Assembly (NCBI GenBank): GCA_051362555.1
Contig: CM120647.1
Span: forward strand, 10,702,651-10,766,650
Origin: Lingula anatina
Taxonomy: Eukaryota; Animalia; Brachiopoda
DNA: 64,000 nucleotides
Reading direction: 5' to 3'
Shown: piece by piece, positions 53,201 through 64,000 of the stretch
Numbering within the stretch: the stretch's first letter is position 1
Layout: each line of letters opens with the position of its first letter
The notes under the pieces: model-generated
Databases searched by the model: none
Seen by the model: only the letters and a program-made list of their open reading frames with translations
What the model was told of the DNA's origin: nothing
Program-made: the position numbers and the translations under genes

Positions 53201-56200
53201 CAGTGAATGTGTTTGTTGTGACAGTGAGTGTGTTAGTTGTGAAATAGTGTGACAGTGAATGTGTTTGTTGTGACAGTGAGTGTATTAGTTGTAAAAGAGT
53301 GTGACAGTGAGTGTGTTAGTTGTGACAGTATACCTGATTTCAGAGTGGACACTACGGGAGGATGGCTGCCCTGGAAATGAAATCCGAAGTCCACATCTCC
53401 TGGTCTCTTCACCACAGTCAGCATCTTGTCAGTCTCTACAATTAATAAGAAAATTTAATCTTATTTCATTGCAAACTAACAATTATCAAGTTGTGGTAGA
53501 GGTCTTACCCCCCCCACGCCCCACCCATCCCATCGTAGCCATCCCAATGTATAGCAATTTTTACATGGAACTACAGCAATTTATAGGTTTACGTTTATGA
53601 AACAAGCATGTTTAGGTCTTATACATGTTGCTTGCTTGTTTAGTTATACTGTAAGAGAGTGCACTTTAATCGAACTTTAAAAAAATGAAAAAAGATAACT
53701 GTTACATACATAATGTATAATGGAAATGATTTGTGGAGATAGTATTTACTATTTACTGCTTGAACATTTTTGTAATTTATTTTTCAGCATCTTTAACCTA
53801 GAAGGCATTTCATCACTCAAATACAGATTGCACAATAATTAATTAAATTCTTAAGTACGAAATTCATGGCACATTACCGTAGTATCTCTGAGATATTCTG
53901 TGATATGCCTGGGTGCTGGATTTTCTCTGTACATATTTCCTGGAGACAGCCTGATGGCGCCTCCTAAAGTCCCTCTCTGAGGTTGTGGACGTGTCTGATG
54001 CCACGGACTCTGACCCAACTGAGCCAAATCTGTCGTGGAGGCGCTGAAGGGGACTGACCATTGGACCGATTTCTTCGCCGTCAAAAATTTCATCTTAAGT
54101 TTATAAAGAGGAAGAGTTTTTGTAGAAATGTGCTTTAGCTTACAGTCTTGGTCATAACATTTCATAACAATAATAATACTAATGATAATGATAATATTCA
54201 ATCTGCCAACTAATATATACAACATTTATACAGCATCATTCAAAATAAATGTATTAAGCGACTATGCCCAAAATTCTGTAAATCTTAATTATAAGTAAAA
54301 AATTAATGTTTTAAATGAAATTATACAAATAAACCTTACCTTCATTAATTGACGTCAGCTGAGAAGAGTTCAGAAGATAATTTTTTACACGATTTTCATC
54401 AGGCACCTCTTCTGCAAGCAGCACAAAGCATTTTTAATAAACATTTCAATTTAAATTGTATTTCTTGGTTTTCGTTATCTTTAATGACCTGTAGTTCATA
54501 TTAATACAGAAACTTAAATCATTGACTGGCACCAAAAATAAATTTAACAACTGACCTATGCTTATATAATTATCTATCATAACACTGATACCATTTTTCA
54601 CCAATAGATGGCAGTCTAAACAGCCTTTTTTTCATTGTAGAACCAATAATGGCTACAGCATAACAACTCTATTGTATTAGTGCAGGTGCACCTGTTAGAA
54701 TACTAGTACTTCTTATTACAGACTATAAGTATACGTAAAAGGTATGCCTGGAAGATTTAAAAAAAAAAAAAAAAAACATCCCGCATGCCATTCCTTCAGG
54801 CAATGTGTACTGACAGTCTGATCTGATCTGATCAGACCAGATCTACAATTCCTGTGGCAAAATCTGCAGATCAAGCAATCAATTGAATACTCACAAATTA
54901 AAAGATTCTGCGCCTGATGAACAATGTCTTCATCATTTGCGATGGGCTACTGATGACGAGGAAGACTGACAGTCTAGATATTTGTTAATCAATTTTTAAA
55001 AATCAAATATTTGCACCTAGCTGTTTAACAGAATATGGCTGACCCATACCTTCATTATGCCCATCTTCATCAGGAACTGTGTTTTCTCCACCAGGTGGCA
55101 GCAGTGAAATGTCGCCATTCTCCCCAGTATACACCCAGCGAGAAGAACGATAACTCTCCACATACATCCCTGAGGAGAAAATAAATCATTATATGCTATA
55201 AATATAATATACTTTCTTTTATATTATATGAAACAGATGAGACCAAACCAATTAATGAAAAGTTTCAGCTTCATAAACATGCTCTCTATACTCATACATC
55301 TTTTCATTAAGTTATTCTAAACATTATACAAGTTCATGTATATCTATATAAAGCCATGAATGACTGCTTTGCATAGAATTTTCAACAAAGAAAGTGCATC
55401 TGATACCTATTTGGCTTCAATATCTCCATATTAACTACCCACTAGCATTACACCATTATTTGCATGGTCTATTGTTAAAATGGGTCAAATTACTGCCAAG
55501 CTTTTTAAAAACATTTACTAGGCAGCTCATCTAAGCCACTTAAAAAAATTGTTATTCTAATGATAAGATGGCACGTTTTCTTTTTGCTCTGAGCCAAGAC
55601 AAATCCAAAGTATAGTCAACTATAAGTAATTCCAGTATACCAGTCTACAACATTCATATAACAATCTTTCTTCTTTTTTTAAAAAATTCAATATACCATT
55701 AGAGAGGGATATGATGAAATTATATATATGTATCTTAGGTCAAAATGCATATAATAAATCTTGGTCTAACAGTTAAGACCAATTTTGGCCTTAAGTCATT
55801 TTGTTAAGTCAACCCGAGTCACACGGTGATTTCCCTGAGGGGTACGTAGCAGTACATGAAATGCCACACCCAATACTTAAGCTGCTCAAGAAATTCATAC
55901 AAATTTGATAAATTGCATTATCTGTTGTGCAAGCTTTTGATGATAATATTGAAATATTATTACAAAGTTGGGTTTCAGTCTTAAAACAAGACTTTGCTAG
56001 TGACCTAAAAGTGTCAAAACTTGGAAAAATTCAAATATATTTGAATTAGCTGTCTTTTGAAATTTTGGAGAAATAACAGCACTTGGTTTCAGTGCATGAG
56101 TGATCTCTAATGTGTAACCCATTCAAACATTGTGAGGGCTGAACAAAGACCATAACACAAAGGCCAGAAAGAGGACCCAACAGTAATCCATACTGTTATT

Positions 56201-58901
56201 CCACACACAAGATTCATACAAAATACTTCAAACACGCTCTTCCAAAAATGTTTTATCTGACAGAAGTATCTAAAAATAATTTGACAATTTTAAAAATTAA
56301 ATTTGATTGATGTCAGATTTTTATGCAAAAGTAAATTTAAAAAGATAATTATAAAATCTTGTAATAAAATATCTTGGAAAAAAAGGTGTTTGAAATATTT
56401 GGGTTATTACTGTACCATACCTAAGCAGAAGGTACGATATTAAGTGGTTAAATTATCTCAGATTTCCTTAAGCTCACAGCATATATCACGTGCTAGTTAA
56501 TATGTTGGTTAAATTTGGCTTGTCCTTAAGATACAGCATGGCTCTCATGCCTTTATTGAATGATATCTGTGACAGCATGCTAAATTAAGATGTGATGAGT
56601 ATGCTTTTCTATGGAAAAGAGAGATACTGTACATTATGTACATTCTTTTTGTTATCAAAATGATTTTTAAACTTGCAGATAAAATAATACATAATGACAC
56701 TTAATAAATAATATATATAGATAATCTGTGCTTCATACCCCTCACACTGAAGGAAAGCATACTAGTATATAATTTTTTACATGTATATAACATTAAGAAG
56801 AAATTGTCCTTCTTTTCCTCCACTTTTCACTGTACATATTGCATACGTGTGGAGCTAAATTTTACATCAAAAACCAAAACATTTGTCTCTGAACTTGGGA
56901 ACAATTAACAGTTATGTGTTATACATCTGTATTATTTTAGGTTATGTGCATCAACTGTCATTCAAATCTTTCAAACCAACAGCAATGAGTCAGCTACTTC
57001 AAACAACAGGCCTTAACTGATATTTGTTTCAGCGCTTAAAAATATTCCATTTCATTTCATTCCATTTGAAAAAAAAGAGACTGATTACGTACATTGATCA
57101 GCTGTCCAAACATTACACTGTGTTGCAATATGTTTTAATTCCTAAGTTTTTAAATAAGAAAATTATAAATACTGATCGAGCTTCAAGACAGGTGTGCCAT
57201 TTGTGAGCAAATAAAGAGGGGAAACTTTAAATAATAATAATTTTAGAAAAATGGTTGAAATTTTGGAGTAATTACTATACTGAAAGATGCTGTCATTGGC
57301 TGAATTCACATCAGCAGACTAACTAGTCTGTGGATCAAATATGACGAGCTCACTTGAATGCTTGTTGGGTAATCCCTGTGGGGAATCTATTCAGTGTCTA
57401 TAAGTGGATTAGATGACAAGCTTTTGAGTTGGGCGCCATATTTGATCAGTGGACTAGTGAGTCAGCTGTTATTAATTTGGCCATTATCATGTCCAGTAAA
57501 AATATCGCACCTAACACAATTAACGCAATGCACAACATTCTCCCTACCTTCATCCTCGTCATCTGTCTCATCACTGCTCTTAGAAGGCGATTCCACTGCT
57601 CTTCCCTGACCATCAGCCAACACAATCCCTTCCAGAGACTCCTGACTCCGAGACATGGCCTTTGTTGACTTCAGCCTCCTGACAACTGGTAGCGCCACCT
57701 CTTGGGACTGGGTAGTGTCCATAATCCTTGTTCCACTTACGTTAAGTGCTGTTTCTGCATTAACATCCCCTGTTTTCTCCATTTCCCTGTCATCAGAGGT
57801 TACCCCGTTCCCAAATGCTTGGTGATTTTCATTGTTTTCTTTGTTTTGTGAAGCATCCAGGCTTTTGGTGTTAAGACTGTCTGATCCCATAGACGTCGTC
57901 TGTTGTGACTGTAAATTTTCCAATGGAGCTCTCAGTGTCACAGACATGTCACCAGGTGGACAGGTTCCTGTGCCACAGCTGGCATGAACAGCGAGATGGC
58001 CAGACTGTGAGGAATTATTTTGAGAAGCACAGCCTCCTTCTGATTCATCAAGGTTATTGAAGTCTCTGCCAGCACCAGCTGTAGCAGACTGGGTTGATTC
58101 AGTGCTATCTTTGGTATGTTCACCAGGTGCCATTACAGGTGGCAGCACAGGTGCTCGCTCACCAGGTGGCAGCACAGGTGCTAGCTCACCAGGTGGCACC
58201 TGTGTCTCTTCACCATTGACCGTTCCTATACTCGGTCTGACCTCATTATCAGCAACTTCAACAATCTTATCACAGTTTGTATTGGAATGTTTGACTACAT
58301 CTGGGGCACTGAGCTTGGGCAAACTTTGCTGATTAATGACTGGTCTTAACGGTGATATTACTGGGGGTTTGTGATTTAGGGACACTGGCTTGCCGCCATG
58401 TTCTTCACTACTGCTCCTCAATTCCGTGACCAAAGATCCATTACCACTTGTATAATCATGTTTTACGCCATTCTGGGAAGGATGCCTATCAGATAAGGGT
58501 AATACTTCCGCAGAATTGCTCTTATCGAGTGGTGGTCTTATCTGCCCTAATACAGTGGTGTTATCAGGGCATGAGTTCTGTTTAAGTGTACTCTGAGACT
58601 TTTGAACGTGAGACTCAGCAGTCCCACCCAGTTTATCTGATTCCTCATAGTTATAATCAACATCGTCAAGCTGATCATCGAGAAAACCAAATGCTGAATT
58701 GATCTGACGAGAAATTCTCGACTGACGGAAAATATCTGAACCTCTTTCCAGCTGCGATGTGATCCTACCACCGGTCCCATCTTCCACAGGTTTTGTGTTG
58801 TTACGCCTAGTGACATTGTCTTCAGTGTCTATTTCACAAGTGTAGGTTCCACCATTTATTTTTGAACACTCCGCCTGGTTCTCCCCTAGAGTCTGGTCCA
58901 T
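48330..58901 (-). CDS. PDZPH1: PDZ and tandem PH domain protein (PDZPH1-like), 12 coding exons, ~911 aa
   Basis: Hand-spliced GT-AG exons with consistent phases: 58901-57548, 55169-55050, 54411-54340, 54093-53878, 53435-53334, 52586-52476, 52144-51948, 51580-51435, 49870-49828, 49282-49096, 48784-48649, 48381-48330 (2736 nt). Long low-complexity N-terminus, then PDZ, PH, PH. The symbol is assigned from domain architecture only. Confidence 0.75.
48649..48784 (-). CDS. PDZPH1-like coding exon 11 (PH2)
   Basis: GVSHLHGYTV...FSIGLIPPETRMRSFYFCAEKAFDKE. Confidence 0.9.
49096..49282 (-). CDS. PDZPH1-like coding exon 10 (PH2 start)
   Basis: PDCHGYLHKLGTNRHKWQKRYFVLKDACMYYY; donor G|GTGAG. Confidence 0.92.
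49828..49870 (-). CDS. PDZPH1-like coding exon 9 (PH1 C-terminal helix)
   Basis: RWADALNQAA with the conserved PH Trp; TTTTAG|..|GTAAG. Confidence 0.88.
50217..50264. repeat. (AAT)n microsatellite
   Basis: Direct observation. Confidence 0.95.
50909..51063. mobile_element. MITE, same family as 42528-42703
   Basis: TIRs CAGGCCTGTAGCCAG / CTGGCTACAGGCCTG; flanks AAATG / AGATG; internal similarity (gtccactctgggtaaaatt, gtccactttttcagaa). Confidence 0.85.
51435..51580 (-). CDS. PDZPH1-like coding exon 8 (PH1)
   Basis: PLGAILLSNYTI...HAFKALKYGSRTYYFVAQSEEEM. Confidence 0.92.
51948..52144 (-). CDS. PDZPH1-like coding exon 7 (PH1 start)
   Basis: GYLLKQSSNYIKSWKKRWFVLKQDNCLYYYK; donor AAG|GTAAG. 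Confidence 0.92.
52476..52586 (-). CDS. PDZPH1-like coding exon 6 (PDZ C-half)
   Basis: GGAAEAAGLEVGDLITCINGVDIMACTHSECLQLL is a typical PDZ signature; CAG|..|GTAAGT. Confidence 0.9.
52671..52925. mobile_element. Degenerate palindromic MITE
   Basis: Imperfect long inverted arms (gatctatctccaag / cttggagatggatc); related to 46828-46955. Confidence 0.65.
53060..53329. repeat. Intronic minisatellite, ~21-bp TGTGACAGTGAATGTGTTAGT-like unit
   Basis: About a dozen TGTGACAGT motifs in direct orientation. Confidence 0.9.
53334..53435 (-). CDS. PDZPH1-like coding exon 5 (PDZ N-half)
   Basis: LTVVKRPGDVDFGFHFQGSHPPVVSTL includes a PDZ carboxylate-binding-loop-like FGF; splice sites in phase. Confidence 0.85.
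53878..54093 (-). CDS. PDZPH1-like coding exon 4
   Basis: TAAG|..|GTAAT, phase 1-1, DEIFDGEE...SDTSTTSERDFRRRHQAVSRKYVQRKSS. Confidence 0.8.
54340..54411 (-). CDS. PDZPH1-like coding exon 3
   Basis: GCAG|..|GTAAG, phase 1-1, EEVPDENRVKNYLLNSSQLTSINE. Confidence 0.7.
55050..55169 (-). CDS. PDZPH1-like coding exon 2
   Basis: CAG|..|GTATG, phase 1-1, GMYVESYRSSRWVYTGENG... Confidence 0.8.
57548..58901 (-). CDS. PDZPH1-like coding exon 1 (disordered N-terminal region)
   Basis: Long ORF. Acceptor CCAG gives exon start 58926; in-frame TAA just upstream of ATG 58901; donor GAAG|GTAG after DDEDE. Contains 27-bp PPGE.APVL repeats at ~58120-58200. Confidence 0.85.
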
Positions 58902-59391
58902 TCTACGTTATGGGCTGAAGATGTTCCTGGATGATACAGAAATAATCAATGTTTTAACATGTTCACACTATCTCTTTTAATCAAATCCTTCATAAATTTA
59001 TTAATCTATGATATCAATGTAGAACACATTTACTGGTATAAATGAAAATTAATCTGACTCGATCATTTTCTACAGCTGGGCCTTTCCCATCATCCTTCAA
59101 AAATCTAAATAATGGATGAATTTATTTTATATCCATTAGATTTATAACAAATATCACAATGATCTTTATTGAGGAGTTTTTTTAGAAAACACATTCTGTC
59201 ACAAATTCTGTCAATATGGGATTCTTAAGTCACATGTCACCAATATATATTATAACCAAAGGGAAACATATTCTGTTCTCTTTATGTATATTATTATAAT
59301 TATATTTTTTATAAATCACTGAGCACAAAACATTTGCAAGCTAGATAGCTACAACAGTATAATAAAAATGAACACAATCCTAACCCCAGTT

Positions 59392-59550
<159 letters not shown>

Positions 59551-60244
59551 CACTTAGGTCAGGTGCCTGGGTTAGCTGACTAGGATTTCCAAGAGAGTGC
59601 TATTACACTGCTCCTGATAGGGTTAGATATACGTACATGTATGTCCATGTGACCATGTAACCTTGGTAATATTTATATATATATATATATATATACACTT
59701 AGGTCAGGTGCCTGGGTTAGCTGACTAGGATTTCCAAGAGAGTGCTATTACACTGCTCCTGATTGGGTTAGATACACGTACATGTATGTCCATGTGACCA
59801 TGTAACCTTGGTAATATATTTATATATATATATATATATACACTTAGGTCAGGTGCCTGGGTTAGCTGACTAGGATTTCCAAGAGAGTGCTATTACACTG
59901 CTCCTGATTGGGTTAGATACACGTACATGTATGTCCATGTGACCATGTAACCTTGGTAATATATTTATATATATATATATATATACACTTAGGTCAGGTG
60001 CCTGGGTTAGCTGACTAGGATTTCCAAGAGAGTGCTATTACACTGCTCCTGATTGGGTTAGATACACGTACATGTATGTCCATGTGACCATGTAACCTTG
60101 GTAATATATATATATATATATACACACTTAGGTCAGGTGCCTGGGTTAGCTGACTAGGATTTCCAAGAGAGGGCTATTACACTGCTCCTGATAGGGTTAG
60201 ATATACGTACATGTATGTCCATGTGACCATGTAACCTTGGTAAT
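59551..60244. repeat. Five near-identical ~120-bp units separated by (TA)n, period ~145 bp
   Basis: cacttaggtcaggtgcc...aaccttggtaat starts at 59551, 59696, 59841, 59986 and ~60126. Confidence 0.97.
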
Positions 60245-60539
60245 TAAGTTCCATGAAGCCTTTTTTTACTCTGTGTGTCCTCTGACAATTTTCATCTTTT
60301 ATTCTTATCTATATAACATTATTTATTGATACTAGTAAATTTATTTATTTGAAAATGGAGCATTTAGAGAAAACCGTCACTGTTATATCACTAATTATTG
60401 ATTTGACTCTAATAAAAAAACTCACACCCAAGTGAACCAGGTAGTAATTTTAATTTAAAACTACTGTATATGTACATGTAGTCGGTTAGCTATCTGAGTT
60501 AAGCCATCTCAGTTTAGCAGAGAAATATTTTCAAAGCAT

Positions 60540-60950
60540 TTAACTGTGACAAAGAGGTTGTTAATGCTTTCACCCTACTCTGTAAACTGGCTGTGTAGGT
60601 ACAATCTAACCAGTTTAACATAAAAAGTATTTTGATGGATTTTGACAAAATTTTGGGAATAGGCCTGAATTAAAATGACTAAAAAAGTGATAAGACTTTG
60701 GTGGAGATCTGGATCCTCATTTGAATCTAGAAATTTGTGAAGGATTCCAATCAATGTGAGAAAGAGCCTACATGTATATTTGGTTTCTCTCTTTTTGTTT
60801 ACACCCAGTACAATATGTACATGTGGTTCAAAAATCAATGATGCCAAGAAAACAGCTGATTAACTAGATACCTGATAAATAATTAATAACAATTATGGGA
60901 ACTGAATTGCCTTGGTGGAGGTCTGCGCTGTCTGAGTGCTTTTCTAGTTA
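60540..60950 (+). mobile_element. Degenerate non-autonomous Helentron/DINE-like element
   Basis: 3' terminus GCCTTGGTGGAGGTCTGCGCTGTCTGAGTGCTTTTCTAGTT (subterminal repeat, small hairpin, CTAGT end) matches a widespread family as I recall it; internal GATCTGGATCC motif. Left boundary approximate. Confidence 0.55.
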
Positions 60951-61114
60951 TCATGCACTAAATATCATAGAATCACAATACACAAAGTGCAGCATTGCAC
61001 GTTTAAAAGAACAAATAAATTAAAGGCATCAAAGAAGATAATTATTATTCCCAAAGATATTAACGTTGAAACGGTTTAAAATATACCTTTTAAAACATCA
61101 GCAAATACACTCAC

Positions 61115-61589
61115 AAAGAACTGATGAAACACTGCCGCTGCAAAGCTAATAAAACGTTGCCATTTTCACGTCTCTTCTGTGCTACTGAGTAGGTCGCACC
61201 TGTTGACAATGTAAACTTCCTGCTTCGATGAGGGCTTGTCTTGGCACATGATACGAAACTATAATTAAAATATCCCCGAACCAGGCAACCCTAGGCCCAG
61301 CGGTGTATCCCAACCAAGATGATAAACTTTTCCAGTTCAAAAAGTTTTTATTGAATTCATGTATTTGAATACAACGAAAAAATAGGAGTTTTGAACGTCT
61401 TTTTATAAAACCTCATTGCTAACATCATAACTAACGTTTTGACGTGTGCCGTGAAAAAAAAATTCCCAACTTTCGTTTTGAACAATAGAATTACTTCCGC
61501 AAAGACAAATACCGGTGCACTCGGTGTGTCTTCAATTTACTACATTTTGCAACCAAAGGAGACTTATTTAATAACAGATTTGACTCGAG
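61115..61589. promoter_or_regulatory. Putative bidirectional promoter with two divergent non-coding first exons
   Basis: Minus-strand donor GTGAGT at 61114 and plus-strand donor GAG|GTAAG at 61590; locally CpG-richer; Ets-like ACTTCC at ~61215 and ~61493; TGACGT at ~61440. Confidence 0.6.
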
Positions 61590-62368
61590 GTAAGCTGATA
61601 TTTATATAGTTTCAGCTTTGAATAGATAAAAACTTAGAAATGTGGTAGAAACTTCCCAATTTTTGATATGTACTAAATTTCGCGGAAGAAGATGCCAAGT
61701 TCATGATTTTTTTTTTATAATACTAGATTGAAATTTGGCAAATAGATAGCCACATATCTGAGTATAGATTAACCGTTTGATTTATTAAGCTATACAATGA
61801 AAGGAAAATATATTGGTGGCCCCGATTTCTATTTTTAAAAGTTGTCTTATAAAATATGAAGGGAATCGAAATTAGTACAGTTCAAAACTCGATCTTTGAC
61901 AAGGAATCATGAGCACATTTGTTTCACCCAGGCAATCGTGTGTTTGTGCAGAATTAAAGAGAAGGAAAATATTTAAAACTTACCAAAGTTAAATTTGAAT
62001 AATCTGTCATCTATTAATATAAGTTAATTATATTAATTATATTTTATAATAGTATATACTAGTATACTTAGCTAGTATGTTAGAATTTGAATGTTAGTCT
62101 GCCATGGCTGAATATTTTATCCAGTTGTTTGAAATAGTAGTTATGATGGACATTTTTCTGCCACAGTTTTACTATTTGTTTATTTAAACACTTTTTTTTA
62201 GTTTCTGATCATGTTACATGTAGCCTGTATCTTATAATCTGAAACAGCACAGTTATATAAGGAAGAACAAGTCCACAATTTTTTCTTTAAATAATTGAAA
62301 TGTTAAAAAAGAAAAGTATATTGTGTTACAGATAGATTTGTGGTGTGCAACTTTCACATTGAAAGATA

Positions 62369-62630
62369 ATGGGAATCTCAGTTGAGGCATGGAGGCTGAG
62401 AATAGGTTGTTTTACACACTCTTCCTCGGCCAGCAGTGAAGATGACCCTCACAGAAACAGCCACCGGAAACGAAAGTGTAGAACCACAAATCATGATTGT
62501 GTAGCCAAGGTCTTGCCTGTTGAACAAAATGAGGAGTTGCCCAGTGCCCTAGGGGCTAAAAGATTGAAAACAGCCTCTCCTAGAAAATCCTTTGCACAGC
62601 AGTTATGCGCTTATATTCCAAATCTCAGAG
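62369..62630 (+). CDS. First coding exon of an uncharacterised gene (MGISVEAWRLRIGCF...), probably continuing beyond the window
   Basis: Acceptor TTACAG| at 62331, ATG at 62369, donor GAG|GTAAT after 62630; basic RKRK and KRLK clusters; candidate upstream non-coding exon ending at 61589. Confidence 0.6.
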
Positions 62631-62807
62631 GTAATGGAGGCAATTCATAGACTTGCTTTAAAAAAATCAGTTTTATTTATTTATCTATTTTAATTAATTG
62701 ATTAATTTTTGTATTTATCTTATTTGTTTATTTATTTTTGAGGGATGGACAGGGATAAGAGTTCTGCTCCAGAGTTGTTTCAAACTCTTACCTTTAAACT
62801 TTTTTTA

Positions 62808-63151
62808 AGGGACAACAACTGTTCATTTTGGCCAAAAAAATGAATGTTCTTGGGGTAAACAACAATTTCCCCATACTTACCAATGGTTAATGAATCCATT
62901 TCTACATTCAAATTTAGTCCCTATTTTTTTTTTTTCAAGAAAGTTTTTTTTTTTGCAATAATCTCTTAAGAGATTATTATTGAGTACAGCCATCTGTGGA
63001 GGTCACATGGTTAGAATACAAGCACAGAGTTCAGAATAATTGTTTAAACTGCCATTTTTTTGTTGTGAAATTGAATATATTATATTTTTATGAGTTTTTT
63101 ACAATGTTTTTATTGTGAAGTATAGATCTCATACGAAGAGTTGTTATCCCT
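62808..63151. mobile_element. Kolobok-like TTAA MITE, second copy
   Basis: AGGGACAACAACT ... GAGTTGTTATCCCT-TTAA; colinear similarity to 47179-47512. Confidence 0.8.
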
Positions 63152-63380
63152 TTAACTTAGAGCTTACAATTTTTAGAGCCATGTCTCTCTTTCTCTCTCT
63201 CCCTCTCTCTCTCTTATGTGACTATATTAAATGATTAAGACTATTTTACTGCTAAAATGCGATCCAAAGATTTTACTTGTCCTTAGAAATTTAGGTTCAA
63301 CATAATAAGCAATTCATGTACTTAGAATGCTTTAAAAATCCTGTGCTTCATTCTTTTAATATCTCCCTCCCTCTCCTTTT

Positions 63381-64000
63381 TTTTTATGTACAGACACAGA
63401 TGTGTCTGTACATATAGCCATCATCTGCGTCTGTCGTCGCCGTCGTCGCCGTCGTGCACTTTTACCGATAACACGATAAGTGGAATTGGCTTTTGGCTTG
63501 AAACTTACAGAACTGATGAATATTCATAATACGCGGGTCAAGTTCGAAAATCAGCATGATCGGGCCATTTTTAGGGAAGTTATGCTGTTTTTTCACTTTT
63601 TTCAGCATATATGCAGCACCGATAACACGATAAGTAGAAAACCATTTTACTTTTTGGCTTGAAACTTACAAAACTGATGAATATTCATAATCCGCAGGTC
63701 AAGTTCGAAAATCAGCATGATCGGGTCATTTTTAGGGAAGTTACGCTGTTTTTTCACTTTTCTCAGCATATATGCAACACCGATAACACGATAAGTGAAA
63801 TAACATTTTACCTTTTGGCTTAAAACTAACAGAACTGATGGATATTCATAATACGCAGGTCAAGTTCGAAAATCAGCATGATCTGGCCTTTATTTTAGAA
63901 GTTATGCTGTTTTTTCACATTTCCTCACATTCAATTCTTAGGCATGTTAACAGTCTCATTATTGAACTAATAAGATATGTAAAAGTGTTTGTTTGACATT
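63381..64000 (-). mobile_element. Helentron-associated element with 161-bp monomers, inverted relative to 44927-46045, running off the window
   Basis: Reverse complement of the terminal palindrome, the (GTCGCC)n tract, the monomers and the 45240-45310 segment. Confidence 0.85.

Noticed and set aside
54895-54973. Extra exon of the PDZ-PH gene (AG...GTGAGT flanks)
   Set aside because: All three frames hit a stop before the donor, and the flanking exons join in phase without it.
59551-60244. CRISPR-like repeat-spacer array
   Set aside because: Repeats are 120 bp, spacers are only (TA)n, the context is a eukaryotic intron, and there are no cas genes.

Overview
Eukaryotic, AT-rich, intron-containing animal DNA; the repeat families suggest a mollusc or other invertebrate (inference). 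Positions 1-41730 are the right end of a homogeneous head-to-tail array of a ~1.4-kb unit: 33 copies visible, 7 shortened to 862-873 bp by internal deletion, the last truncated. The repeated short ORFs there look non-coding. Each unit instead carries two minus-strand, apparently paralogous RNA polymerase III type-2 (box A/box B, oligo-T) elements that do not fold as tRNAs. One is a ~93-nt RNA with a vault-RNA-like panhandle; the other is a ~190-200-nt multi-hairpin RNA that appears invariant across copies. Both independent deletions spare this cassette, and a 3673-bp higher-order repeat has formed. The remaining 22 kb holds MITEs and Helentron-type non-autonomous elements, a minus-strand gene with 12 coding exons encoding a ~911-aa PDZ + 2xPH protein (PDZPH1-like), and the 5' end of a divergently transcribed gene of unknown function. 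All alignments and folds were done by eye; no searches were run.
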